DNA of 64,000 nucleotides from Candidatus Binatia bacterium (GTDB taxonomy: Bacteria > Desulfobacterota > Binatia > Bin18). A program made the translations under genes and the position numbers. This document shows, one piece after another, positions 20,474-31,401 of this stretch. The number at the start of each line of letters is the position of its first letter. Positions within the stretch are counted from its first letter, which is position 1. The DNA lies in contig OY761159.2 of NCBI GenBank assembly GCA_963664395.2, forward strand, positions 3,232,001 to 3,296,000. The letters are read 5' to 3'. The notes under the pieces were generated by a model that worked only from the letters and a program-made list of their open reading frames with translations, ran no database searches and was not told the DNA's origin.

Positions 20474-23400
20474 CTACTCCACAGCCGTCATCACAAAATT
20501 CTGACTGTTCTGTTGCCACTCCAACAGCACGCTCTGCCCCAGGCGCGGAAAGTCGTCCACCACACATTCTCCCTCGGCCCCCCGTAGAAACTCGTGCCCC
20601 AAGGTCGTCACCCGCACCGTGGCCCGGCCCAACTCCACCGCGTCCACGTAGGCCACCACGGTATGCTCCCCCTCCCCCAACAGGTTCCAGTTGAACAACA
20701 ACCCAAACCCATTGTCCGTATCCCCACACACCGCCAGCGTGTCCACCCGTTCCGTCCCATACGCCGCCACCTGCCGCCCGGCAGTCCCAATCGCCAGCTC
20801 GACCGTGTCGGCGTCACACACCCAGCCCGACAGCACCCGGACCCCACTCTGAAAGGAGTTATGCCCCGGATTCTCCAGAACCCCTGTCAGGGCGCTTGTC
20901 CGGCCCGTGGTAGCCCCGGCCGGGGGACTTCCCCCCGCAATCACGAAGTTCTGACTGTTCTGCTGCCACTCCAGGGTCACGTACTCGCCCAGGGTCGGGA
21001 AGTCTTCGGCCTCGCACGTCCCCGTTACGTTCCGCAGAAACTCCTGTCCCAGGGTCGTCACCATCACCGTCGCCCGACCCAACTCTACGCCATCTACGAG
21101 CGCTACGACTTCATGCTCCCCGTCTCTCAACAGGTTCCAGTTGAACAAGAGACCAAAGCCATTATCCGTATCCCCACACGCCCCGGCCGTATCTAACCGC
21201 TCCGTCCCATACGCCGCCTCCTGCGGCACCCCGTTCAACTCGATCTCCACTCTCTCCGCCTCGCACACCCAGCCCGACAGGACGCCCACCCCACTCTGGA
21301 AGGAATCGGCGCCGGGGTTCCCCAGAGTGCCCCGCACGAAGGTGACGACTATGTCGTACACCCCGGTCGCCCCGCCCTGCCCTTGCACGGCCACCACGAC
21401 CGGGCCGGCCTCGACGCGCGCGCCAAGCCGCTCGGCCGGCGGATTGTTCCCTGTAGGGCCGGAGGCCAAGACTGCGTCGTTCTGCCAGATGGTGCCCCGG
21501 GTCTGTACGCCGCCGGTGGTGTCCACAAAGAGGAGTCCTTGGCCGGGGGCGGTCACGGTAAAGTAATCCATGTCGGCTGTGGGGCAGATGGCCCCCACCG
21601 TCACACTAGCCAGTGCAAGACTGGTGGCCTGCGCAGCGCTGTTGCCGTGGACGTCGTCCTGTGGACAGGCGCCACCGCCGCCGCCACCACCACCGCCACC
21701 ACCACCGCCGCCGACGATGGAAGATGAACTCTGCGGGCGGGGCAGAGTCACTGTCTCTTCCGCCGCCACCATCACTGGCTCTGTTTTGCGCGTCTCCTGG
21801 ACGTCGGTATAGGTGACCCTGACCCGCAGATGTTTGCCGAGGTCGGCGTCCACTGGCGTATAGGTGTCTGTCGTGGTCGAGGTGCAGTCGACCATGATAA
21901 TGTCGCCCGGGGGGAAGGTTGGGAATTGGGACCGCTCCCAGCACCAGTCGTCGGGGGTTGTCGGGGCCGGGTTCACGCCGTCCGGGTCGCTCACCGTCGC
22001 GGTGAGTTCTCTCCCCAACTGGGGCTGATTCGACGACAGACGGACCATGCCGAGGGCATCCTCTATCGTGACAGTCACATCCAGGGTCCCGGTGAATGTC
22101 CCGTCGGAGGCTTGCACGGTCACCTCATACTCTTTGTCCGTGTTGTTGGGGTCCTCATAGTCCGGTGACTGCTGGAAACGCAGCACTCCGTTCGAGATGG
22201 TAAAGGCATCTTTATCCGTCCCTTCCACCGACCACGTCAGCCGGACGTTGGCCGGGTTGCGCGCCGTGTACGTGGCCACCGGACTCCTACCACCCTCTCC
22301 GTACGCGGGGGCGGGCTCTCCCTCCACCTCGGGTGGGTCATCATCGGTGATGGTCACGGTCACCGGCCTCACAGTCGTCGACTGCACCCCTTGGGTGTTC
22401 TCCGCCCGCCCCGTCACGGTCACCTGCTTGTCCGCCTCGTCCTCCGAGTTGTTCTGCGCCGTGAGCGTTGCACTCCCCCTACTCTCCATCTCCCCTGCCA
22501 GAATCGTCAGGCTCGTCCCGCTCAACGTAAAGGCGTCGTCCACCGCCGGATGCACCGGCGTTGCCGACACCTCGACCTCTGTATCCTCGCTCGACGGATG
22601 ATTGAGCGTCGCCATCACTGTCGTGCTGCTATCCACGCCACTCTCCGTGATCGAATCCGCCGACAACTCCAACATCACCGTCGGTGGAGCGTCGTTGTCC
22701 GTGATCGTCACCGTCGTCGGCGTCACCGTCAGCCCCGTAGTACTGCCCCCCACCGTCACGGTCTCGTCCGGCTCATCAATGATGTCATTCACCGGCATCA
22801 GGGTGAAGGTCACCGTCCCGCTCGGCTGATCCGCCGCAATCGTCAGCGTGGAGACGTTCGCCACGGTGAAGTCCGTATCCAGCATGGCCGTGCCAGCCGT
22901 GACCGCGACCGTCACCACGGTGGCGGCCGAGCGGGGCGCGCCATCCAACTCGCTCGTCACGGTCACCGTCCTGCTGCTGGTGTCCTCTGACACGGCCTCC
23001 GGGGTCACGCGCAGGGTCACGGCCGTGGACGGACTCTCGTCGTCGGTCACGGTCACCGCCACGGAGGCCGCGCTCTCCCCTGCGTAATCCCCGCCACTGA
23101 CCGTATGCGTAATCGTCGCGGTCTCGGGCGGGACGTTCTCCACTTGGTCGTTGGTCGTCTCCACCGTCACCGTCTGGACGGCGTCCCAGTCCTTGGCCAT
23201 GAACGTCAGACTGGGCTTGTCCACGCGGATCTCCGTGTCGTCGGACGCCACGGAGATCGTCACCGTGGCGGTCGGCTCGGAGTCCAGCACCACCGTGTAG
23301 GTGCCGGTGCTCCCCTCCCGAATCGACAGCATGGCCTTACTCACCGTCACCCCGCGGGTGTCGTCATCCGTAATGGTCAGGTCCACCGGAGCGAGGCCGG

Positions 23401-26400
23401 TCACCAGGCGGTTGGTCGTCGTGCCACTCACTTGCACGGTCTTATTGGGGGCGTCCACGTCGTTGGGCTGAGCTTTCAGCGTCACCGTCCCACTGCTGAC
23501 CGTCGCCCCCGCTGCGATGGTCAGCGTCCGGTTGCTACTCAGCGTCACGTCGCCCGTCGGGGCTGAGACCGTCACGGTCGTCACGGCGCTCGACGCCGTG
23601 TCCAGCTCTGCCGTGACCATGCTGCTCTCCGTGCCGGCCTCGCTGATGGAGGTATCGGACAGGTACAGCTTGACCACCGGCGCGGCCTGCACCGGTGCCG
23701 TCTCCACCGCCGCACTCTTCCCGGCCCCCTGGCGGTCGGTATAGGTCACGGTGGCCCGCAGATACCGTCCCACGTCGGCCATCATCGGCGTATACTGCGT
23801 GGCGGTGGAGACGGTGATATCGGTCCAGGTGCTCTGGTCGGTGGACCACGCCCACTGCCAGGCGATGTCGATCAGACCGCCGTCCGGGTCACTGAGCGTC
23901 GCCGTCAGTTGCTGGCGTTCCTGCGCCGGGGTCCCCGTCAGGGTCACCATCCCCGCTTCGTCCACGTTGACGATATTGATCATCACGGTGATGCTGTCGT
24001 CCGTCGCCGTGTCGGCTGCGTCCTGGTAGCTCTTGCTGTCCCGGACCGACACGGTGACTGTGTAGCGGGGCTTGGTCTCGTAGTTCAGCGCCGCCTGGGT
24101 CCGCAACTGCCCGGTGGACGTGTGGAGGGTGAAGGACGCGGCGTCGGTCCCGCTCAGACTGTAGATCAGCGCCGTGTCGTCGGGGTCGGTGGCCGAAACG
24201 GGGAGGCCGATAGCGACGCCCGTGGCCGTGTTCTCGGCCACGCTGCGGGTCGTGGTGCTGGTGCCGTCATCGAACGCCGGCTTCTGGTTCGGGGTCGTAG
24301 TCAACGCCAGCTGGGCACTGCGCGTGCCTTCCCCGCCGTCCACGACCGCGGCCACCTGATAGACGTAGGTGGTGCCGCCGCGCACGGTGCGATCGGTGTA
24401 AGCACGTGCGGTGAGGTCCTCGGCAACGGCCGCCACGGTGGAGCCGGTGCGGCGGTAGACGGTGTAGGTCACGGCCGGCGGCGAGGTCCAGGGGCTCGTG
24501 ACCGCAGACCAACTCAGCTCCACGAGACCCCTACTAATCGTCACTACTGTCAGGTCTGGGCCGGCGCGGAGCTGATGGCCGAACTCCTGCCAGTCGTCCG
24601 CCCCGAGCGCTGGGTACTGGCTGGCCGTGCCGAAGTCCCAGGGGGCGTCGTTATTGCCGTCGCCGTCCAGGTCTACGTTCCAGTCGGCATAGATGCCGCC
24701 GGTGATATATCCGGTGGGGGTCTGTAATTGCGTGGTGGTTTTGCCCTCGCCATGATTCCCGGTCATGCGGCCTGACGTGTCTGTGTCCCAGTAGCTGGCG
24801 GTGATCGGGCCCTTGTTCTGCCCGACCAGCCCGCCGACATCGGTGCCGCCTGACACCCCCCCGGCCGCATAGCTGTTTGTGATGGTGTCGTCGTTCAACC
24901 CGACCAGCCCGCCGACAAGGGATTTGCCCGAGACGTACTCGGCGGCGTAGCTGGTGTGAATCGTGCCGTCGTTCAACCCGACCAACCCCCCGACAGATTG
25001 AGTGCCTGACACCCGCCCCGTCGCGTAGCTGATGTGAATCGTGCCGTCGTTCAACCCGACCAGCCCGCCGACATCGAAGCCGCCTGACACGCGTCCAGTG
25101 GCGTAGCTGCCCTGAATCGTGCCGCTGTTCTGTGCCCGATCAGCCCGCCGACATCGAAGCCGCCTGACACCCCCCCGGTCGCATAGATGTTTATGATGGT
25201 GCCGTCGTTCCGCCCGACCAGCCCGCCGACAACATTTTCCCCCGTCACATCGACATCGACCACTCCGACAAAGCGAATGGCACCAGACGAGCCTATGGAG
25301 CCGAACAACCCGACGTTATTAGTGCGTCGGTCAATGAACAGGTTCCGGATGGTGTGGTCGTTGCCCTCAAAGGTCGCGCTGAATGGGTTACTGTTCGTCC
25401 CGATGGGCACCCAGCCAGCGCCGCTATTCCAGTACTCGTCGTCCACGTCAATCTGGCCGTCGCCGTCGGTGTCGAAGTCCAGGTCCGCGGCCAGTTCATA
25501 GCCCACGCACTCCCGGTTCCTCGTGCGGCAGACCACCCGCGTCACATTGGGAAACGCCGCAGCATACGCGGTCGCTCCAGCGGGCGTCGGGATACCGTCG
25601 CCGTTTGGGTCGTGCCCCATCGCATCCAACTGCGCCAGGGTCGCAACTTCAAGCAGCCCGTCAGCGTCCGTGTCGTACAGCGGCTCCGGGGTATTGTTCG
25701 TTACCGCCAGTCCAGAGAAGGCGGCCATCAGGTTGCCAGCCACATCCCGAAGCGGCCGCGTCCCCGGTGTATAGCTCAGCGTCACGGCCTGGTCATGGGC
25801 AACATGGGAGTCCAGCGTCATCGTCACAGTCCGCCCGGACACTACGACGGAGTTGACCGCTACCCTCGTACCATCGGCGGTGACCGTCAACGCGCTCGCC
25901 GCCGGCACTGACAGCTCGTCCAGTGCCTCGTTACACGCCAGCGTCACGGTGTCGCCGTCCACAACCGGAAAGAGCACCGCCGTCGGCGCGACGCCGTCCA
26001 CGGCGTGGCTGCTGGTGGCCTCGATTGCATCATGGTTGAGCCCGGCGTCCCGGTTCGCGGTGTCCTTGATCGTCGTCCCACTGGGCAGCGACAGGCTGTT
26101 CGCGAGCATAGTCACCCCTTCGGGACCTCTCTGGTTGACCGCCACGGTGTAGGTGAAGACCAGCACCTCACTCGCGCTTCGGTCGGCCTGATACACCATC
26201 TCATATGATAGAAATCCGATCGTCAGCGCGATGCTGGGTGTGCCGGTCACAGTGATGGGCTTGGTGAAGACTACCGCGACCGCAATCTCCTCCCCCGCTG
26301 CATATCCCCCCCGGGGGTCTGAGATGAGCGCCACCGTGCTGACGCTCGGCGCAGCCGTGGTGGTAGGGTCGTTGTCGGTCAGCGTCACCGTGGCGGTAGC

Positions 26401-27612
26401 CTGACTGCCGACCGCCACCCCTGCGGGCAGCGGTGCGCCAAAGCCCAAGATCACCGTCTCTTCGTCCTCTTGGCGGCTGTCCTGATTCGCGCTGAAGGTG
26501 AAGGTTCGTGAGGTCTGGTTCTCCCCAAAGGTGATGCTCGCCGGGAGGGTATAGTCGCCGGGCCAGGCGCCGTCCGTACTTGTCGCGGTAAGCGGAATGG
26601 GCAGGTCGAGCGTACGCCCCGGCGCGGCGTCCAGCCGCACCGTCACGGGTACCGTTCCGCCTTCGGTCACCGCGTATGCCCCCGCATCGAAAGAGACCTT
26701 CACGGCCCGGCCCTGCCGGAATTCGGCCACGGTCGTGCGGGTTTCGTTGAGTCTCAGCGCGGCGTTGGCCGGCCCATCCACCGCATTCGTGGTCTGGGTG
26801 CCAGCCACACCCATGGGATCGCCGTTGTTCCTTGGGTAGGAATTGGACGGGTTTGAAAAATAGAGCACCCTCTCACAATCGAAGCGAGGATTATTTTGGC
26901 TACACTGAGTTTTGTACGCCATAATCGTGGTCCAGCGCTTGGAAGTCGCCGCGCCCTCCTCGAACGCCTTCTGGTTCACATAGCCGTAGGCGTAAGGATA
27001 GTTTGGGGGACACAGAGGATTGTCAGTATCGTGCCGACATTCTACATACCGGTCGTGGCGAAGCCCCATGAGGTGGCCCAGTTCATGAGCGAAGATACCC
27101 GCGTCGGCTATGGAAACGCCAAAGGCAAGGCTAGCGAATTTCGTTGATCGCGCGCCCATGAAATTCGCGAGTCCGCCGTCCCGCGAGCGGAGCAGAATGA
27201 CAGCGTCCGCCCACATCCGGTCACGGATGGTGTGGACTTCGTCCATATAGCCGTCCGACTTACTCTGAAGACGGTCGAGATCGACATACATCGCGTCAAT
27301 GGCTGTAAAAGCCGACCCTGTTGACATCGACTCGGTGTATCCCACCACCTCCTCCACGGCCACCAGATTAATGGTCTGGCTCACACCGCTGTCTGCGTAG
27401 GCCATATTGGTGGCGACGACCAGCTCATCGATCTTGGTCTTGATCTGCGCGGTCCCGCCATGGGCGGTTTTGGCCTGAGGCGTGTAAAAAACGGCGACAT
27501 CAATCACCGACTCCGACTGCGCGTGTGCAGTGCCAGCCAGGAGGGGCAGCAGCAACAGCGCCAGGAGCAGCACGCACTTGATGTTGGGGGAAGAAAGAGT
27601 CCAGGGCGGCAT
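20474..27612 (-). CDS. Giant exported Zn-metalloprotease/adhesin (M12/M72-like protease, Calx-beta-like, SwmB-like, GLUG, FN3, cadherin, poly-Gly, PPC-like, 2x conserved C-terminal domain); frameshifted at ~25131
   Basis: Signal peptide; HELGHLMGLRHD; GGLVG GLUG repeats continue across ORFs 25051-27612 and 20474-25090 once a CA duplication is removed; LNYE/PDYE cadherin motifs. Confidence 0.85.
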
Positions 27613-28244
27613 CAGTGCTGGTGGTCAGTCTCGGAATAGAGCGCATCCGCCCCGCAGTCGAGCGGGGGCTCTTCCACCTCGCTAATGGCATACAGGCCGT
27701 CGCCCACCGAGCGGATCTCGTAGAGTTCGCCCAGCAGCCGCACCGTGCCCGCCACGGCCTCCCCATTGACGACCAGCGTCATCGTCCCGAGCGGCTCTTC
27801 AACCAGATGGCCCGCTACGGAATAGCCGCCCGAAAACGTGGGGGCCGTCCGCTCCACCAGGCCCGTGACGACCACATCGTCGAACAGATTGAAGGTCAGC
27901 GTCGTACCCGGTGCGGGTGCCGAACTGGATTTGTCCGTGCGCGTGGACGTGCCTTTGGTGTGCGCCGTCTGGCCGGGAGGTCCGGCGACGGCGGCTTGGA
28001 CTTGCGTCAGGTCCATGGTCACCATCCGGCTGCGCACCGTCAGATCGTCGGACGCTAGTGCCGGCGGGGGTGGCGCATTGACGGGCGTAAAGAGGTCGGC
28101 CGCCTGCCCCTCGACCGGGGGGGCGCCCAGTACCGCCAGCAGCACCCCCATGCCGGCGGCGAGGCAGCGGGGGGAGCACACGCGCCAGCCCCGGCCTCTC
28201 CTGGCGGTGTCATCAAAAGAAACTCTCATCGCCCTAGCCTTCAT
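27612..28244 (-). CDS. Exported metalloprotease-prodomain-like protein
   Basis: Own signal peptide; LTFNLFDD..GTVR..YEIR..PLDCG resembles reprolysin-type propeptides; TGATG overlap with the protease gene. Confidence 0.7.
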   Translation of the reverse strand: MKARAMRVSFDDTARRGRGWRVCSPRCLAAGMGVLLAVLGAPPVEGQAADLFTPVNAPPPPALASDDLTVRSRMVTMDLTQVQAAVAGPPGQTAHTKGTSTRTDKSSSAPAPGTTLTFNLFDDVVVTGLVERTAPTFSGGYSVAGHLVEEPLGTMTLVVNGEAVAGTVRLLGELYEIRSVGDGLYAISEVEEPPLDCGADALYSETDHQH

Positions 28245-28428
28245 CTCTGGTCTGGTCTGACAGAACCGCCGGGGATAAACCCTGTCCGCAGGGCGGAGCG
28301 CGGGCCGCTCCTACGATCTCAGCGGGCTGTCGGGTCCAAAATCCTCATTGTTTTGTTGCCTCTCCAACGTGGTTGCCACCGCCGCCTCAGGGAGGGACCT
28401 CTGTACTACAATGACGCGGTCCCCGTCA

Positions 28429-28447
28429 CCTATCAAATGATAGAAAA
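28429..28447 (-). promoter_or_regulatory. Palindromic box copy 2
   Basis: CCTATCAAATGATAGAAAA ~185 bp upstream of ATG 28244. Confidence 0.75.
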
Positions 28448-28457
28448 ATGATTCGGT

Positions 28458-28521
28458 CCGGTGGTCCGGCGAGCGCGGCGACCGACAACACTAGTCGTAC
28501 CGAGCCCACCTGCCCGGCGAG
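28458..28521 (+). repeat. ~63-bp repeat, second copy at 44110-44172 (both distal to a box)
   Basis: CCGGTGGTCCGGCGAG(C/T)GCGGC..CCGA(C/T)AACAC..CGTACC..CCACCTGCC. Confidence 0.8.
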
Positions 28522-28679
28522 GCGGTGTGGTTACGGCGGCCCAAGCCAGCGGAGGACGGGCGACGGCACGGACGGGAGTTAAGGGGGCAAAGAGCAGGCC
28601 GGGAGGGAAGCCGAGGGCGCCGTCAGGGGCAGGCGGATACGAAGGCTGCTGGGCAGAGGCCGTTAGTGCGGTTTACGAT

Positions 28680-28900
28680 AAGATGCAACCCTGGCCGAGT
28701 TGCGCGCCGCCGTGGGCGTGCCGGTCCGTCTCTCCCCGGTCTGGCGGGCCGTACACCGCTTAGGGCTGACCGTAAAAAAGTCCTGCACGCTGCGGAACAA
28801 GACCGGCCTGATGGCGGAGCGGCCCGGCAGCGCTGGCGCGCCCAAGCGGCCCACCTCAATGCGCACAGCCTCGTCTTCCTGGATGAGACAGCTGTGCGCA
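28680..28900 (+). mobile_element. IS630-family transposase remnant
   Basis: VWRAVHRLGLTVKK, then shifted frame KKVLHAAEQDRPD..LVFLDET. Confidence 0.75.
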
Positions 28901-29069
28901 TGTGGATACAGCACGGCGTGGGGCACCCGACTCTGTGTCACTTCTCCCCGTAGACGCCGGGAAAAGGAGGCGAACCGATGATCCAGGCGCGTATCGAATG
29001 CGTGCAGCCGCTCCTCGATGCGCTGCTCAACGGCCGCAACTGTGTGCTCCAAGCGGTCCTTGATGAGGG

Positions 29070-29183
29070 GCAGGCGCGCGTGCACAGGACGGTCTGCCAG
29101 GAGACGATCTCTTGCCGATACCGATAAGCCACCGGCCATGAATGTGCTCTGCCTTTGCGGGCATGAGAGGGGGGGCAAGTCCC
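29070..29183 (+). repeat. 114-bp conserved 3' flank, second copy at 31288-31401
   Basis: Near-identical sequence immediately downstream of the stops of two family genes. Confidence 0.9.
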
Positions 29184-31061
29184 CTACTCCACAGCCGTAA
29201 TCATGAAGTTCTGACTGTTCTGTTGCCACTCCAGCGTGACGGATTCTTCGTCACCCGGCCAGTCTTCCACGATGCAGGTAGCAGGCAAAATATCTCGCAC
29301 AAACTCCTCGCCCAGGGTCGTGACGGTAAAGGTTGCTCGTCCAAATTCGACATTATCCGCATAAGCTACGACTTCATGCTCTCCGTCACCCAACAGATTA
29401 TAATTGAAGAGTAGTCCGAACCCGTTATCTGTGTCGCCACACATCGCCTCGGTGTCCATTCTGTCGGTGCCATACGAGGCCACTTGTTTCTCTCCGTTCA
29501 ACTCGATCTCGACTTCCTCGGCCTCGCATACCCAGCCCGAAATGAGTCCAACCCCGCTTTGAAAGGAATCCATTCCTGGATTCTCCAGAGAGTAAACAGG
29601 AGATTCCGGTCCTAATTGGGTTTCATCGTCAGGGCTAGAGTCAGGAGTCGTATTTGTTGAAGAAGAATTTCCACTTCTGTTTCCGCCGCCGCCGCCACCA
29701 CCACCACCGCCGCCACCCGTGCTCCCGCCCGTACTGCCACCTCCACTACCGACACTACCGCCACTACTTCCGGTCCGTGTTTCTACTGGAGTTGTAGACG
29801 AATCGGTCTCTTCTTGCGTCGGTTCCGGTTCGGTACAACTAGGATCATCCCACACTGTTACATCAGGAACGCTTTCAATGTGTGTAGCGCTTTCTGTAAA
29901 GTTCGAGGGCGCGGGGGAATGAGGCCAATTTATAGTAGGCGGACCACAAGCCTCATTCACTAAATCAATGACCCGAATGGTAAAGTCTGCCTCGTCCACT
30001 CCGCCATCAGCATCCGTTACCCGAAACGTCAAGTGGTATTCACTTTTAGTTTCATAATCAAATGCCTGTGTCGAATACATCAATCCATTAGGTCGGCCGT
30101 TTCCAGGATCAACACTGCCAGAAAGCATGCGGAACGCTGAAGCATCTACACCTAACAGCTCATAGGTCCAATCATTACGGGCACCGTCTATGTCTTCCCG
30201 ATCTTCCACGTCCGGCCAGTCACAACAGATAACAGTATCAGCCGGGGCATTTTCAAAAATGCGCAAGTTGCTCAGGTCCGATTCCTCAATCACGGGAAGA
30301 TTATTGACTGACTCATCTTCATCAGTCACGTACACGCGAAAAGTGTTTGAGATCTCCAAGGATGAATCAGAAGGTCGTATGACGCTCGAAGACCCACAGG
30401 AAGTTACCTCTGGTTGGGCATCTCGCTTATCCCACGCTGTGATGGTGTATTCATAATACGGTCCCTTTTCGTCTACAAAGGGTGCTTTCTCGTAGTCGAA
30501 ACCGCCGCCATATCTCACAAACTGTACGAGTCCCGCGTCATACGTCCTTGCGTCTTTATGAAAGACGTATCCTTCCTCGCTGAAAGGATGCGTGGGGTGT
30601 GTTCCAGCAGTTATCCCAATACCGCCAGCACGCATACTTACTACGCCACCGCTTTCAACAAGGTAGCAAGTGGAAGGGTTTTCAAATGCGAAGTCCCTGT
30701 CAAAAAGGGGTATCTGATGCAGGTATCCTGAAAAATGGCCCAATTCCAAGTCCGCTCCAGATGAAGCCCATCCGTACCATTCCGAAAGTGTGAGGGTATA
30801 GTCTACCCCAGGGTCGCCCAACGCTCTTGGCAGATGGCGATGGTCCTCATCTTCGTCATACAGCCTTGAAGAATCAGAATGGTAGGGGTCGGGCTTAATA
30901 TCGACCACGCCGCGTTCACAGCCATTTGTGCTCAAAGTGTAGTCCTCTTCTAAGCAGGGGTTGCCCCTGTGCGCTTCCGCATAGGGCGCTAGAAGAAACA
31001 TGAAACCAAACAAAATAGACAAAAACATAAGTGGTCCTTTTCTGCTTTCTTTATTCGACAT
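29184..31061 (-). CDS. Exported cadherin-domain protein with Gly/Ser linker and 1x conserved C-terminal domain
   Basis: Signal peptide (..LLAPYAEA), IFENAP..FDYETKSEYHLTFRVTD cadherin motif, LENPGMDSFQSG..WQQNSQNFMITAVE; start uncertain. Confidence 0.8.
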   Translation of the reverse strand: MSNKESRKGPLMFLSILFGFMFLLAPYAEAHRGNPCLEEDYTLSTNGCERGVVDIKPDPYHSDSSRLYDEDEDHRHLPRALGDPGVDYTLTLSEWYGWASSGADLELGHFSGYLHQIPLFDRDFAFENPSTCYLVESGGVVSMRAGGIGITAGTHPTHPFSEEGYVFHKDARTYDAGLVQFVRYGGGFDYEKAPFVDEKGPYYEYTITAWDKRDAQPEVTSCGSSSVIRPSDSSLEISNTFRVYVTDEDESVNNLPVIEESDLSNLRIFENAPADTVICCDWPDVEDREDIDGARNDWTYELLGVDASAFRMLSGSVDPGNGRPNGLMYSTQAFDYETKSEYHLTFRVTDADGGVDEADFTIRVIDLVNEACGPPTINWPHSPAPSNFTESATHIESVPDVTVWDDPSCTEPEPTQEETDSSTTPVETRTGSSGGSVGSGGGSTGGSTGGGGGGGGGGGGNRSGNSSSTNTTPDSSPDDETQLGPESPVYSLENPGMDSFQSGVGLISGWVCEAEEVEIELNGEKQVASYGTDRMDTEAMCGDTDNGFGLLFNYNLLGDGEHEVVAYADNVEFGRATFTVTTLGEEFVRDILPATCIVEDWPGDEESVTLEWQQNSQNFMITAVE

Positions 31062-31247
31062 CCGTAATCGCAAAGTTCTGAACGCTCTGTTGCCATTCCA
31101 GGGTAACGGTCCTGCCCAGCGTCGGGAAATCTCCAACAACACATTCGCCTTCAACGCCACGCAGAAACTCTTCTCCCGTGGATGGTGTAGTCCCCGACCC
31201 CTGGATAAGAGTCCTATACTGCTACAGCAAGGACGCGGTCCTTGTCC

Positions 31248-31266
31248 CCTATCAGATGATAGAAAA
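31248..31266 (-). promoter_or_regulatory. Palindromic box copy 3 (CCTATCAGATGATAGAAAA)
   Basis: ~187 bp upstream of ATG 31061; flanks nearly identical to copy 2. Confidence 0.75.
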
Positions 31267-31287
31267 ATGATTCGGTCCGGGGCATGC

Positions 31288-31401
31288 GCAGGAGCGCGTG
31301 CACAAGACGGTCTGCCAGAAGACGATCTCTTGCCGGTACCGATAAGCCACCGGCCATGAATGTGCTCTGCCTTTGCGGGCATGAGAGGGTGGGCAAGTCC
31401 C
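31288..31401 (+). repeat. 114-bp conserved 3' flank, first copy at 29070-29183
   Basis: Direct sequence match. Confidence 0.9.

Noticed and set aside
31246-31264. Box resembles tetO (CCCTATCAGTGATAGA)
   Set aside because: The spacer is 2 bp rather than 1 bp in all copies, and no tetR/tetA is present; treated as a distinct motif
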